Shown here: positions 12,352 to 26,370 of the stretch, piece by piece | Layout: the number at the start of each line of letters is the position of its first letter | Numbering within the stretch: position 1 is the first letter of the stretch | Assembly (NCBI GenBank): GCA_965178125.1 | Contig: OZ237739.1 | Span: 806,001-870,000 of the forward strand | Origin: Bilabrum cf. latius | Taxonomy: Eukaryota | Direction: 5' to 3' | DNA: 64,000 nt | Notes under the pieces: generated by a model | Database searches by the model: none | Seen by the model: only the letters and a program-made list of their open reading frames with translations | What the model was told of the DNA's origin: nothing | Position numbers and translations under genes: made by a program

Positions 12352-14469
12352 TCACTGCCCACCCCTGCCGACCGCTGGCGACCCTATGTCCAGGTCGTCC
12401 AGCGCAGACGGCCTCGATCCCGCACCGTTGCCCAGCGTAGGGGTGGGGAGGAGGCTCCTGGCAAGGGGAGAGTCCTCCGCCAGGCCGGCCTCTCTGGCCT
12501 TACGACTGCTCGCGTCTGACGCGCGGGGGATGCGCTGGGCGCCACCGTCGCTGCCCGCGTACGTGGGCGAATCCGCCCCGCTAATGCCGACTGCCAGCCC
12601 GCTGCCACCCCGCCCGGCGCCAATCCCCTGCATCGAGTAACCAGACACGCTGCCCCGCTCGGCCGCATCCCCAGCACCAAGCAGGCCCTGTTTCTCCGCG
12701 TCCTCCTGCGCCTTCTTCAGCAACACCAGCTGGGCGGCGCTCAGGTTCAGCTTGGGGTGCTCCTCGCACGCATCCACCGCGTTGAGGGCCAGCCCGCTCG
12801 CTGTGCCCGCCACACCCGCCGCGATGAAGAACACCTCCACGCACGTGTACGTCTCCGGACAGCTCGCCTGCAGCCGGCCCACTGCGAGGGGTACGGCCGC
12901 CAGCCCCAGGTTCTGCACCGCAGTGACCAGACCGTATGCCGTGGCGGCGTACTCCTCGGGCACGACCAGCGCGATCGAGGGCCAGAGGGCAGAGGCGTAG
13001 ATGCAGTAGGTGAGACCAAGTGTGACGAGTGGCAGGACGGGGTTCCAATGCGTGAATCCGAGGGCCGTGTGCACGAGGGCAATCATCACGGCGGCCACGA
13101 CGTTGAGGCGCGCCCTCTGCCCCAGGTTGTCGATGGCGGCCCCGAGGAAGGGGGACAGGGAGCCCGCGGTGAGGTAGATGACCAGCATGTACGTGTTGGC
13201 AGTCTCGTCTTCAAGGTCCCACTTGAGCTTGAGGAAGTCGCTGGCGATGTTGTTGAAGGGCAGCACCGCGCAGTAGACGGTCAGGCAGGACAGGGTGAGC
13301 ACCCAGAAGGTCGCGGGGAAGGTGAAGATGGCCCGCAGGTCGATCGTCTCGTCCTCCAGGCCCTCCTTGTCCGGGTCATCGTCATCGCCCATCAGCAGGC
13401 TAGACGCCTCGCTCGTCCGTCGATCCGGTCCCGGGGCCGTGCTAGAGCCCGAGCCAGGCTTGTCGCCGGCTCCGTTGCGGAGCCGCAGCTGGCCCTGCTC
13501 GGTTCCGCTCGCAGCCGCGGCGGCGGCGCCGCGCAGGTTGCGGGATGCCCCGCCGTTGGCGGTCCTCCTGAGCGTCTTCCTGTTCTCCCTGAGCACCTGG
13601 ACGGCCGCCACGTCGATGTAGTAGGCCCATATGGCCGCGCCCAGCGACATGACGCACACCAGCACGCCCGCCCACAGGGCCCACGCCATGTTCAGGTGCT
13701 TGGCCAGGGCAAGCGAGGCCTCGTCGTTGATCACCGACCCGTACCTAGCCAGCGCCAGGTTGACTCCGAGCGCCAGTGCGATCTCCTTTCCCTGAAACCA
13801 CTGCGCGATCATGGCAGACATGCTCACCGACAACGACTCGCCGCCGAGGCCGAACACCACGCGGCCGAACAGCATGATGCCCCAGGCGACGTTGTCGTCC
13901 TCGATTGTGATGCCAACTGCAAAGATGATCTACCCGATCAGGATGAGCAGGGCAAAGATCACGGTTGTCAGCCGCACGCCCCAGAGGTCGCTAAAGTAGC
14001 CTCCCAGCAGGGGAAGCACGACGTTGGGCCACGAATAAACGCTGTACAGCGAGTTGTAGAGCAAATTATACCGCTTCTAGCCTATTCTAGGGATGTAGTA
14101 CGGACCCATCTGCGAGCAGCAATGAACAGATACCGGACAACACAACAGAGTGAGATTGTTCTTGGCGACATCTCCGCGGTCGCCAAATCAAGGCCCTTTG
14201 CTCACCACAACATTGATCGCCGTAGGAATATCATAGCAATAATAGCTGCCAATCAGACCGAGACACAATAGCACCAGAATCTTCCACCGGTCTGTCAAGT
14301 GAGGGCGCTTAGTTGGGAGCGCAGGCTCCGTGCAAACTCCTCCGACCAGCGCGAGCCTGGCTGCCTCAGCATCCTCTGGAGTCCGAATGGAAGAATCTCC
14401 ACCATTTACATGAAAGTGATTCTTGCCATCCAAGACAGTGTACGTCGCTGCATCAGCAGCTTCAACCAT
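12352..14469 (-). CDS. MFSD1: MFSD1-like lysosomal major facilitator transporter (intron 14110-14205)
   Basis: Motifs GSYYCYDIP, LYSVYSWPNVVLPLLGG, LILIG*IIFAVG, GRVVFGLGGESL, WFQGKEIALA, TAYGLVTAVQNLGLA. TAGs at 14077 and 13930. Confidence 0.9.
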
Positions 14470-14704
14470 GCTGCTGGCAGACTCAGCTACAAAAGACAGT
14501 CAGTGACGGCAGTGAACAGCGATACAGCCACCGTCCTCGCAATTAATATACCCTAATTAAGAGCTAAGCAAGGCCGCACACTCCCGCTCTACCTATCTTG
14601 CGTTGTGCAGGTCGCCTGAGGATGTACGGCAAAGGCAATTGGTGGTTGCAACCGGTGGAGCGACCAAAAAGGAAGAAGCGTACGAGTGTTCCCATGGCAT
14701 GCAG

Positions 14705-17620
14705 TCACGTCCCAGACAGCAACCCTTGCCCCTTGCCAGCCACCGAACTTGCCGCAGCCACTGCGTCGGCAACCGAGGCCGACAGAGCGCCGGGCGCCCC
14801 ACCTTGGGCGGACCCCGCCATCCCCGCCATCCCCGCCATCCCCGCCATCCCCGCCATCCCCGCCTCCCTGGCAGCCCCTTCGAGCACAGCTCCAGACACC
14901 AGGGCCGCGCTACCCGTCGCGAACGCGTTCGCCTTGTGCTTGGGCGTAAACGAGAACACCTCGGGCACGGGCCCCAGCAGCATCTCGCTGATCCTGACCC
15001 AGTCCTGGGGCCTGGCGCTGGCCATGAGCGTCTCGAGATCGTCCCTGCCGCGGTAGGCAGGCGGCCTCTGGTTGAGGCCCTGCGTGTGCCCTCTCTCCAG
15101 CAGCCCAGCAGGCACGTACCTGTACAGGAAGGAGAGCCACTCAAGCAGGAAGCGACGCGTCAGGCGCACCCCCTGTGGGTCCGAGCCCCAGTGCTCCAGG
15201 CCATACCTCACAAAATCCTGCAGCATCCGGAATCGATCCTGCGCGCTCACGTCGATCACAGCCTTGGTCTTGATCTCCCTGGGCAGCCATGGCTTGATGA
15301 GCGCCCCCCTCGCCAGCATGGTGGTGCAGCACCCCGACTCCTCCATGCCCCGCCAGTGGTCCTGCCACTGGAACACGTCGCCGTTGCCCAGCACCGGCAG
15401 CTCGGGAACCTCCTCCCCGTCCTCCTCCGCCTCGGCAGCCTGCTCGTCCTCCTGCTCCGCCTCCAGCGCCGACCGGTGGTCGACGTCATCCACGGTGCCC
15501 AGCTTCGCCCTGCGCTCCTCTTTCACCTCCCGCCAAGTTAGCTGCTTGCTGCCCTGCCGAGCCACGCGGGCGATGTAGCTCCAATCGGCCCGCTTGGTGT
15601 ACCGCTGGGCCCTGGTGCGACCATGGACCGTCAGTGCTGCGACCGCACAGGCCCGACGCGACCTCGCCGCGATGGAGTGCGCCTGCCTGTCGTGCTGCTC
15701 GTAGCCCACGCGCACCTTGAGCGTGAGTGGGGTGGACGATATCCTACCGTGCTGCTGCACCAGGGACCGAACCCGGGAGTATTTCTTCATGAGCGTGGCG
15801 CCCACGCCCTTGAGGCACACCATGTCCAGCGGGCAGCCCATGTTGATGTCGATAAAGTCGCACCCAATCGAGGGACGGGTGCCTGCGAGGGGCTGCCACG
15901 CCCGCACAGGGGGAAGCTTGGCGAGGCCGGAGCTGCCGCTGGCCGCAGACGAGGACGAGGACGACGACGACGACGACGATGATGATATTCCTGCCAGCGC
16001 GCTGCCGTCCACGGCAGCTGGTGCAAAGGACCCCAGCGCCGCTGCGGAATCCACCGCCACCTGCTTCATCCTGGCCGCCTCCTGCGCCGCCGCCCGAGAC
16101 GCCAGGGCAGACAGCCCCAGCTCACTCATGGCTTCGATCGAGAAACGGCCGGGCCCGCACTCCCGCTGGCACAGCTCCGAGACCCTTGCCATCGCGTCCG
16201 AGTGTCCCACTGCCAGCTGTGGGCCCCAGAAGCGCTCGCTGGCGTGCCTCCGCAGCAGCTGCCACTCAGCTCCCTGCCCCTCCAGCAGCGGCTGGAACAG
16301 CGCCATCTCGCCGCACGTCACGTCGGCGCCCTGGTCCATCATCACCCGGCGGAAGGGAAGGTTCCCCGTGGTGGTCAAAGGCGCCACGTAGACCTGCCCG
16401 CGGATCGCCTTGCGGAACCTATCCCGCGCCGCGCGCCTCTCCTGCGCGGTGGGAGCTGCCTCCCTCAGCGAATCAGAGGCCCGCGCCCGGCCCTCCCTGC
16501 TGAAGCGAAGCAGGCCCCGGCCCACCTCCAGGTCGGCCGCCCTGCGCTCCTCCTCGGTCATGCGACCGCGCTTCCCGAAGCGACCGCCCCTCCCGCGACC
16601 CCGGCCCCTACCCCTGCCGCTGCCGCGCCCCCGGCCCCTGCCACGCCCCGGGGCGCTGCTGGCCCTCCGCTCCGCTAGCACCAGCCTGCGGGCCTGCTCC
16701 GAAAGGCCTGCCAGGAAGGCGCTGTCGGCTGCAGATGCCGCGGGCGGGGCAGCATCGACAGGAGTTTCGATTGATGCGGCTTGGCTCGCTGTGCCTAGCC
16801 CTGACCCTGCGGCGCGGGCATCGTCGCTGCTTCCTGCTCCGCTGCTCGGCAGCTCCTCAGCGGCGCCGCTAGGATCCACCCGAGAGCGCTTTTCCGGCGG
16901 TTCTTCGCTCATCTGCGTAGTATTAATCTGTGGCTTTTTCTCTTCAGACGATGCAGCCAATTTCTCTTCCTCCAGAGCCATTTCTAGCAGCTTCTCGCGG
17001 TCTGGCTGCAAATCGGATTGCGCTAGCTTGAACGGGTACACCCGCCTACGCATGACCCCAAGCAGTTTCGGATGCAGTGTATGAAACTCTGGCTAGATTG
17101 GCTCCAGCTCGCTTTCTGCGCCGCGACGCGGGAGCTAGGCCTCCGCGTCGTAGCAGGAGCTGAAGCTGCACAGGAGCCCCGACGGGCAGTGCCCGCTGTG
17201 CTCGTAGATGGGACAGGCAAGCTCAACGCGGGGGTCACGCTTTTCTAGAAAAGTCTTGGGGTCGGTGGGTCGCTTGCATTGGCTGGTCTTTCCTCCGCAG
17301 CAGCGCCCCGTCGTCCCTGGAGAAAACGATCCCAAAGCGACATAATTGCAAAGTTGCGGGTCGCGCTTTCGCTGAAGACCAATCGTCTCCCCCTTCCGCT
17401 TCTGCCGCTTGTTCTATTTTCTATCCTCTCTGACTTGCTTGCTCACTTCCTTCTTGTCTTCGCGAGTGGGGGCCCCCGATACATTGGCTGAGGAAGTGCT
17501 GGCTGACGCCGCTGCCAACTTGTCTTGGACGGCCGCATCCACGTCGGCTGAATCCACAATGAACTCCTTTGCAACTGTTACAAATCCGCCTCTATCAGGC
17601 CGCTCAAGTCCAGTCGACAT
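14705..17620 (-). CDS. DUS3: tRNA-dihydrouridine(47) synthase DUS3
   Basis: CCCH-like CPIYEHSGHCPSGLLC, then YVAPLTTTGNLPFRR, DFIDINMGCP, HGRTRAQRYTKRADW, ARGALIKPW, GLEHWGSD. The N-terminus is joined via TAGs at 17414, 17135 and 17093. Ends in TGA. Confidence 0.92.
14813..14864. repeat. 9-bp tandem repeat (CCCCGCCAT)x5 encoding AGM repeats in the DUS3 C-terminal tail
   Basis: Directly visible tandem copies. Confidence 0.9.
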
Positions 17621-17924
17621 GGCGCAATACTGGGGCGAACTGGCGATGTGCGTCGGCGGTGCTGCAACGAGTTGCAGTTGCCCCTTCTCTGCACGCATGC
17701 CATGATGCCAGTGGCAGTGCTGGGCTGACATTCAATCAATTTAGCAATTCCATCTTTTTAGTTCAAGGGTGATACTCACCAGTAAATTGCAGGGCACACC
17801 AGAACCCAACCTCGTCCCCAGTCGTGCGGGCACCCGAGCACGCGCGAGAACGCCTACAGCTGCATCGTCAATGCGCGCCACCGACCCGGACTCCCGTACA
17901 TTCCGTCACGCGTCCTGCCCACTC

Positions 17925-20033
17925 TCAGTTACCCCCGACAATCGACGAAGACGAGCCCCTCTTGAGCATGTCTTGGGCCGCGGAGCCCAGCCGACCCCTC
18001 TTGCTCGAACCGCGCCTCTCTAGCGGGCTCCTACCAGTGCCCCACGTGTTCCCCGACTGCCCCACGCGCTGCCCCGGTGCGAACCCAGCCCCTCCCCCGG
18101 GGCTACCACTGGCCAACGGGCTGCCATCCGTCCCGCTCCTGGCCCTCCCGCCGCTACCTCCCTGCCCAGCGCCGCTGGGCGGGGGCTGGCCCGCGGCAGA
18201 GTGCGAGCGACTCCGGCCCTCCTGCCCATGGGCTGCCAAGCTGGCCACGCGGCTGCCCCCTAGCCGGCTGGTCCCCGCCACACCTCCAAACCTCGACAGA
18301 TCGCCCTCCTCCGAACGGGGTCCCAGCGGGCTCGTGCCCCCGCTCCGGCGGCCGCTCGGCCCGCCACTCACGCCCGTCGGTGTGGAGGGCTCGCCGCCTC
18401 GCTGTCGCCGCAGCGGGCTGCTCATGGACCCTGTGCGCCGCGTCCTGGTCTCTGGCAGCTGCGACCCGCCCGTACCTGCCCCGGGCCCTCCCCCCAGGCT
18501 CCAACCACCTCGCATGGAGTTGGACCGGGCAGGCAGCCCCCGCCTCGAATGGCCCTGGTCCTGGGCCGAACCCTGCGGGGTGCTCTGGCTGCCCCCCCGG
18601 GCAGGGGCGGCCTTGTCAGCTGTCTGCTGGGTAGCGATGGAGGACACGGTGCTGCCCCGCCCGAAGGAGCCCCCCCTGCCGTCCAGGCCGGCCATAAAGG
18701 GCGACCGAGGGCTCGAGTCGGGGGTGGAGGACTCGGGTGCTATGGTCAGCTGGCACCTGCGCGCGAGTGCGAGCAGCCTCCTCCATTCCTTTTCCTCCTG
18801 CTCCTCGTGATTCCGAACCTGCACGCGCTCCATCTCCTGCGCGTCCACCTGCATGAGCATGCGCCGGCACTGCCGCAGCACCCAACGCGTGGCCTCCTCC
18901 TGCTGCACATCAATCTGAGACACGGCCGAGGCGTACCGACCGGCGAGCACCCGCAGCCCCTGCCTCGTCTTGCTGGGCAGCTTGCTCACGCTCGCCTCGG
19001 CCGCAGCCCGCGCGTCCTGTGCCGCGCGGGCCGCCGCAGCCTCGACGTTTCCTCGCTCCAGGGCGCCCGCAGCCTCCACCGAGAGGGCTCCATCTGCGCA
19101 CTCGCCCGCCGCCCCCGGGTCCGCAGAGCCTGTGGGGGATGCCGGGGCCGTAATTTCTAGGGTGGAAGAGCCCTCGGGTCCGAGGGAGGGCTGCAGCACG
19201 GGGGCGGTGTGGATGAGCTGCTCCTGCTTCTCCTTGGAGAGCCACTGCTTGCCCTCGCCCGTAGATGCGCCGCCCGCTGCGGCCCCGTTCAACTTCTTCT
19301 CCTGCTCGGCGGCCTTGCGACGCACTGCCTCCTCCGCCTCGGCAGCAGCCACCTCCGGGGGCATGGGACCCTTGGAGTGGCGCTTGTAGGCAGCGGCGTA
19401 CTCCGCCCTCAGCTTGCGCTTGTACTCGCCCCACTCCACCTCGATGCGACGAACGTTCGTCCGGAACGCGCTCGCCAGTGCCAGCTTCTCCGAGCTGGCC
19501 CACACCTCGCTGTCGTCCCTCCGGCACTGCCTCTCGGCCTCCTCGAAGGTCACGGGGGCGCCCGCGCCGCGCCCCGCCTGGCGCACGCGGCCGAGCGCTG
19601 CGGCTGCTCCCGGCGTTGTCGGCTCCGGCGGGTCTGCGCGGCTGGGCGTGCTGGGCGTCCCGTCGGCGTTCCCCATGGCCTTGGCCTCTTCCTCCACGAG
19701 CTCATGGTGTTCCCTGGCGTCGGTGCGCTCGCTGAGCGCACGGCTCCGGTTGCTCGCCGGCGAGCTCGGAGAGCCGCGGCCGGCTCTCGAGCGCGGCCCC
19801 GTGCTACTCGTTGGGGATGTCGATCGGCTTGGCAGCAGCGTGACGGAGCCGTCCTCCTGGAACTGCAGCCCCGCCTGCCGGGCAAAGCGGTCCAGCTGCC
19901 TGGCGACCCGGTCTCTCTCCTTCCGCTAATCCTGCCAGCATTTGCTCCTCTGCTTGGCGTGCAAGTCTACGATGTACTTGAGTGCTGCCTGGCATTCTCG
20001 GCGAATCTGCGAAACTTGCGAACTGGCGCTCAT
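17925..20033 (-). CDS. Hypothetical coiled-coil protein (5' end uncertain; small upstream exons probably extend to about 21017)
   Basis: A long GC3-rich frame extends through the TAG at 19926 to the ATG at 20033. GTGAG/CAG-bounded coding-like segments lie upstream (20450-21017). Confidence 0.6.
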
Positions 20034-21145
20034 GGAAAGAAAACAGGTCCGACTGGTGAAAAACGCGGGGTACATTGCGGAATCGCTGGTTGTTTGCCGC
20101 TAATCCCATGTTCACGGCATAAATCAATGCAACTATGATGCACTCAAAGGAGTTTGCATTCGACACTGCTGATACTCCGCGCTTCGAAGTTCGCTTCGAC
20201 CGTATGTATGTGCCGATGGCTGCGCAATCGGCACTTTCTGCTCGTGCTTGCAGGAACTCATGTATCGCACCGGTTTGTGCCTCCCGCCGCGATTGTTGGA
20301 CAGTCCAGATCGTTTCAATACAATACCCGCAGAGACGAGACTGAGCACATTGCACGTGGCTGCAGCCGGTCGCGGAAAACCTAGAAGAACCTCCCGAACA
20401 GCCGACGCATGTTAGTTATCAATACAGTGTCAAATGTCTCATACAAGAGCTCACCATTGAATCAATTTTACCAGTAAGCTATCGTCTACTTCGCAAGTCA
20501 CCTTTGCGTCCGGCTTGCTCCTCTAGCTTGATTTGTTGAGTCACTCCAGGCGAGAGCTGCGGTTCAAGCTGCGGTTCGAGGGAAGTGGAGAGCGGACAAA
20601 GAACTGGTTGGCGTGCATGAAACAATACCATAGCGTTATGATTCTGTGGTGTGGGTGAGGCGACATTAATGAGTGCATGGCGCAGCAAACCCCTTATCAG
20701 GCCTGGCACCGCCCGTCAGTCCATTGCCTTCTCACGGGATGGCTTTCAATCTCCCTCTCAACGTCGGCTCGCTACCTTGCGTGCCTAAACTGCTAGTGAG
20801 AATCAAATATCACGATATTGGGGTATAAGTAGTGACCAAAGTGTCGAAATCACGTCATATTGTGCCCAAAACCTGCTCGACCGATCTGGCTCACGCGAAG
20901 CTGCTTGATCTTCTGGTACAACGGCTGTATCCAGTCAGCGTCCCCATGCTTGACTGAAGAGAGAGCTAGTTTACGCGATGATCCAGACCTGTGGACCCCA
21001 GGCGGAGTCGGTGGCATCGATTTCTAGTGGGTCTCACGCCGGCGAAGCCGAACTGTCGCAATGTAACGAAATGTTTTCGTCTCAATCCCGGTTTAATTAC
21101 GTTTTTCCTACAAACACTCGTACGTTCCCGTTCCGGATAGGCTGA

Positions 21146-24100
21146 ATGGAATACAATGACATAGATACTCTTTTTAGCCAAAGACCTGTGGCAGAGATCA
21201 GGGAAGCTCTCTTGGAGACGTAGAAGCGAGCGAAATCCGCAGGCGCACTGCTATCTCGCGCTCTGAGCGAAGGTGCTGACGAGCTCCTTTCATCTCAGAG
21301 ACTAGCGGTAGCGCAGAATTCTGCATTAGATAGGGCAATTTCAGCATTGACCTAGCTCATTGACGTAGCGCAACAGGAAGCAGCTCCAGAGCAGATTGAG
21401 GGATCTTCACGCTCCGATGGTCCCGGCGATGGCAAGGATACTTACCGCTATTCAGTTTATTCGCTTGTCACGGATGCAGAAAGACATATTTGTGCTAGCT
21501 ACGAGCAAAGCCTCCTTCTCTATGGCGCTAGTCCGCGCTTGCTGGCAGCCGCACTGGCATCCAGCTTGATCTATCAGCAAGCCTGGCGGCGTGGTTTGTG
21601 GCCGAGTATCTTGAATCCAGCTCACGAACGAGTGGTAGCAGCATTGTCATCATTACTGGGAAGCACCACCCGCAAGTTTCACCGGGATTGGCTGGCTTCA
21701 GGTCGGACAGAGAGCCTGTGGTGCAGGAAGGCTGCCGACGTCGTGATCCAGCTTGCATCTGTCGCAGCTGTTGACACGATGGGCACGGGAAGTGCGGCTG
21801 GGATCTCTTGCATTGCAAAGCAGTTTCACATGATCGCCGAGTCTGCCATTAGAGCTGCTTCATCGGGCGAGAATGGACGCGGCGAGCAGAGCTCTGCGCC
21901 TTTGGGCGGAGTGCGAGCTGCCTGCGAGGCGTGGCGCGCTGCAGCGGTGCTTCTTGCCGCGCCATGCGTTCAGCTGAACATGCATGATTCGCATTAGGAT
22001 AGTCAGACGCTATTCAGCTGGGCAGTGCTGGAGCTTGAGCAGGCTGCGTGCACCCTACTCGCACAAGGTTGGGAGGCGGGGCATGTGCAGGGGCAAGGGA
22101 AAACGGGCATGCCACAGCCGGTTCGGGAGGTATGCAGCGCTGCCACTGGCGGGAAAACGGGTCAGCCATCTTCTGCTCCAGAGGCTGGGGTTAGTGAATC
22201 AAATGGACCAGGCGATCGCGCAACAACGGCCTTGCTGCAGGTAGCAGCCCAGTGCAGCATTCGCAGGAAGGCAGCCGGGCAGCTGCCGGAGTTCTGCAGG
22301 CAGACAGCCAGGGAGCTCTGCCGAGGGATCCGAGAGGCCGTGTGCAGGTCTATTGAGGACAGACTGCGTGCACTGTGCGTGGGGCAGGGCGTGGCTACGT
22401 GGCAAGGAGGCGCTGCCTAGTAGGGTGTACGCGAGCTGGAAGAGGGTGGAGACCAAAGAGGCGGGCCAAGTGAATCGTGGCCTGCCCTCGATGCAATGGT
22501 TGCGGTGGAGCCTCTGGTCGCACTCGCTGGGGGCAGCAGAGACGCGGCCGGGGTCGGGGTCGAATCATCCAGAGGAGATTTTGAGCGTGCTTTCGCGGAC
22601 TGTGTCGGGGCGCACGCCACGGCCCGCATGAAGTAGGCGCTGACTGCCACTGGATGCACGGTGCGCGCGCATGCAGAGTCCAGGCATGAGCTGACGGCCG
22701 TGGCTGCGCCAGGGGCTGGTCGCAGCGAGTCCAAGCAGCCTGAAGAAGGCGATTCCGAGAAGAGATACGCGGCACAGCACAGCCCAACCGGTTACCTCGT
22801 TCCTGTTGAGCAGCAGGGCAACCCGGTGCCGAGCACGGACGAAGCAGCCGGTGCTGCAGTGGCGTTGCTCGCCTGCGAGAAGGAAGGAAATCCCCGCGGT
22901 TGGATCGCACCCGCGCTGGCAAAGCACGCATCTGCACTGGTGGAGTCGGACATTAGGCGCCTACATTCCCTTATCACGGTGGCAGTTCGGCGCGTCTGCT
23001 ACGGCAGCTCGGTGGATGGTGCAGAAAGACACGACTTCGATGGAACCCAGCACAGAAGCAGTGACGCTCCGAAGAAGGTCACGAAGCGCATCTAGCTTAA
23101 GCTGTGTGGTGCGGCCTTGTCCAGTGGCGCAGGCAGCACCAAGCAGTCTGGGCCTGTACAGGCGGCCGCTACTCGCCGGCTGCCTCGGTGGCAGGCCGCC
23201 CAGTCTGCGGGCCGGCACCTGGCGAAGGTTCTCAGCACTGGTACCAGCACCTTGCATTCACTTCTGCACGTGATCAAGGGCTAGACGGCTGGCGGCGGGG
23301 CGGGAAGCCAGGCAGTGGCGCCTGGGGCCCTTCTAGATGCAGCTGCTGCTCAGCTGCAAGAGGCCGTGAGGACGCGGGTGCGGGCCGTGAAAGGGTGGTC
23401 GGTGGGGGCAGGGGATACTGCCTCAGTCGCGGCGGAGGAGCTGCTAAATCTGTCGGTGGTGTGCTCTCAGGTGGCGGGGTTGGACTGCTGGCAGCTGGCT
23501 GGCGATGCTGCACTGGATGCCTCACCCCCCACTGGTCCAGGCGAGGCGCGGCAGGGGCTGGCGACCGCCGCTGTGAGCGCCGCGTTTGGCTGGGCGGACG
23601 GAGTGGCCGCAGGCCTGGCTGACAGATGGCTTGATCGGGCGAGTGCCCGGGCCTGGCACGCCCCCGATGAGGCGTGGTGCTTCGGGAGGCAGGGCGGGCT
23701 GCCGTGGCTGCTCGTGGAGGAGGGAGGGGGCGTGGGAGATGGCTCAGAGGACGCCGAGGTAGAAGGTGGGGAAGACGAAGAGGGCGGATTCGGCGCGATG
23801 GTGCCCTGTGGAGTGCTGCCCGAGACAGCGGAGCTGCTGCGAGGCGTCCAGCGGGCGGCAAGGGGCCTATACGAGGCGATGGATGCTAGCGAGGCGGCTG
23901 GAGGCACCCGCAGCGGGACGCTGACGAGCACTGGGCAGGGATCCGGCGAGGCCGCAGCGGTGGCAGCGGCTGGTGTACTTGCGCTGCGCGCTGCTGTGGA
24001 CCGCCACGTGGCAGTTCGGATTGAATCGCTGGCGAACCGTGACGGGTGCTTCCAGTCGTCTCGGCGGCAGGCTGCCGCAGATGCAGGCATGGAGTCGGAC

Positions 24101-25195
24101 GCTTTTGGTGCGGTCCCCGCGGGATCGATTCCGGGCGTCCACCCGCCTGCTAGCGACGCTGCCCTTCGGCAACTGGCCTTCGACGCGGGCGTGCTTGGTC
24201 TGGTGCTCGGCGGCGGGAGGGGCCGCTCGGGTGCCGGTGCGGTCGGTGATCTCTGGGCGGGGCAGGGGAGCTGGGAACCCTCCAGGCTGCGGGCGACGGC
24301 TGCCTCCCTCGCTGCGGGCGGTACGGTGGCAGGGGCAGGAGTGAGCGCTGTGATTCGATCCATAGCCAGCGCGACAGGGGCGCACGTGGGCTCTCGGGGG
24401 GTGGCCGGAGCCGGGGCTGCCGCATCACCTGGACCCAGCAAGGGTACTGCCACTGGGGCGTCGGCAGGCGAGGCACTGGTGCGCGCACTGCGAGTCGTGG
24501 CCAGCTTGGAATAGGCATTGCGTCCAGGGAACAACGGGGGCCCGCTGGACGCTGCCCTGGCCTGGGCCGGAGTAGGTGCTGGCGCTTCATCAGATTCAAG
24601 CGACTCGGCAGTTGGGTCGTGCGCCCGCACGGAGGTTGCCCTGGTGGATCTGCTGGACCCTGTGGACTGGTCGCTGGCCGCGGATGCCACGGTGGACTCG
24701 CAGCACGCCTGTGCCGCCTCCGTGCTAGCCCGCAGTGCAATGCAGGTTCCGCTGCTCGGAGCGGCGGGCATGGTGAGGGTGCGGCAGGTGGCGGCGGGCA
24801 GGCACAACAAGAGGTGGGCCGCCGCCAGGACTGTGCCCCGGGCGCTGTTTGGGTCGGGGGTGGGAGGTGCGGCCGCCTAGAGCAGCGCCCCGGCGGTGAC
24901 CGTGCGTGGCCTGGGCGCGTCTAAGCGGGCCCTGCCAGTCGCGGTGGCGGTGGGACTTGCGGAGAGCGGGGCGAGGGATCTCGGCGGGGAGGAAGTCGCT
25001 GGTGGGAATGGATCTGGAGATGCAGGCGCAGGAGGTGCGGAGGAACAGGCGGGCGGGGGCAAGTTAGGGGCCGGCGGATCGTCGTCTGGCGGGCTCGTTG
25101 TGGGGGCGGGCCAGGAGCACCCTGGTGGCAAGCACACGAGCCAGAGCTCCCTCGGCTCCATGTTCGGAGGAATGGCGTCGTCCTTGTTCGGATGA
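21146..25195 (+). CDS. COG1: COG1-like (Vps51/Vps67 family) Golgi tethering subunit, about 1349 aa
   Basis: A single frame across 10 TAGs (21221, 21353, 21995, 22418, 22421, 22634, 23093, 23282, 24512, 24878). N-terminal DTLFSQRPVAEIRE and C-terminal LRQLAFD and LLDPVDW motifs resemble COG1. Ends in TGA. Confidence 0.65.
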
Positions 25196-25361
25196 GCGAT
25201 TTTCCTGTGCTTGGAAAATATAGTATTGTTGTGTCTCTGCTCGTGCGACCACAGCACCTGCGGATCGCAAGCGACCACACAAGAATAAGTTGCAACCGGT
25301 GCGGCGGAACGGACACATGCACTTGCTGCATCGTTCCGAAACACACGACCAGAGCACACCA

Positions 25362-26370
25362 ATGGCTGATTTCTTGTTAAGAGGCGGCGCAAGTGCCAAT
25401 TCTAAGAGCCCAAAGCTCGCTATCAGGGATGAAACTGCTATGGATGAGCGAGGCGGCTCGACCTTCTTGGGTGACGAGAGGTTGGCGCGGATGCCAAAGG
25501 CCGAGTCTGCGCTCATGAAGACGCCAACTGCGGCCGAGACGCAGCACGTGCTTGCAACGAAAGGAAAAGGACATGGCGCCTAGAGTGGTGCTTTCTTCGG
25601 CAAAGCTGGGGAATCTGGCGTTCTGGAAAGCCGGCTGCTTCAGCGGTCAACCGCTGGGCTCGCGCCTGGGATTCCCAGGAGCCACATGTCTGGATACAGC
25701 GGCCATGTTAGAGGAATGAGCGAAGTGTGTGGTAGATCATATTCCAAGTGCTCCGCGATTGCGCTCTCCAAGGATCCCAAAGATTTGGTGCTAGGTGAGA
25801 CCGGTTCGGCCGGTAGAACCCACTCTCTTCGTGAATAGAAGTCGCAAATGTAATGCAACATCGCATGCCAACACATAACTATCCTGTCGAATGCATTCCT
25901 GTCCGTCCGCAGACGACCTGGTCCCGTCGGCCCCCCAAGCGACGGACGAGATTCCTGAGGACGAGCCGCTGGACCCCGAGGTCACCAACTCGTACACCGC
26001 GAGGCTGCTGAGGCATAAGGCTGCAGAAGAGAGCATGCCGGTGGCAGCGCTCATCGGTGCCAAGAAATCGACCAACATCGCCCGCCAGCAGGCCAAGCCC
26101 AGGCATCTGCCGGGATACACCGGCCACATCCCCGGTCTTGCCGAGGCCCCTACTGGCCTGAGCTTCAGCAAGTTCACAGAGCAGAGACTGGAGTCGCTTG
26201 GTCGCACCCGGGGTCCCCCCATCGACGCCAGGCAGGAGCGCCGCAAGCTCGCCCAGGGCAACGGGGCGGGCATGCACTGGAGGGACAGCAGGAAGCCTCA
26301 GCCCCGGCCCAAGCTCGTCATCAAGGACGTCGGGCTGAAGGACATCAAGTTCACGCAGAGCGGGAGCTGA
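25362..26370 (+). CDS. FAM166/CIMIP2-like ciliary microtubule inner protein (intron 25795-25912)
   Basis: Two PGYxGHxP-type repeats (MSGYSGHVRG, LPGYTGHIPG). TAG at 25581. A GTGAGA..CCGCAG intron restores the frame. Confidence 0.6.
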
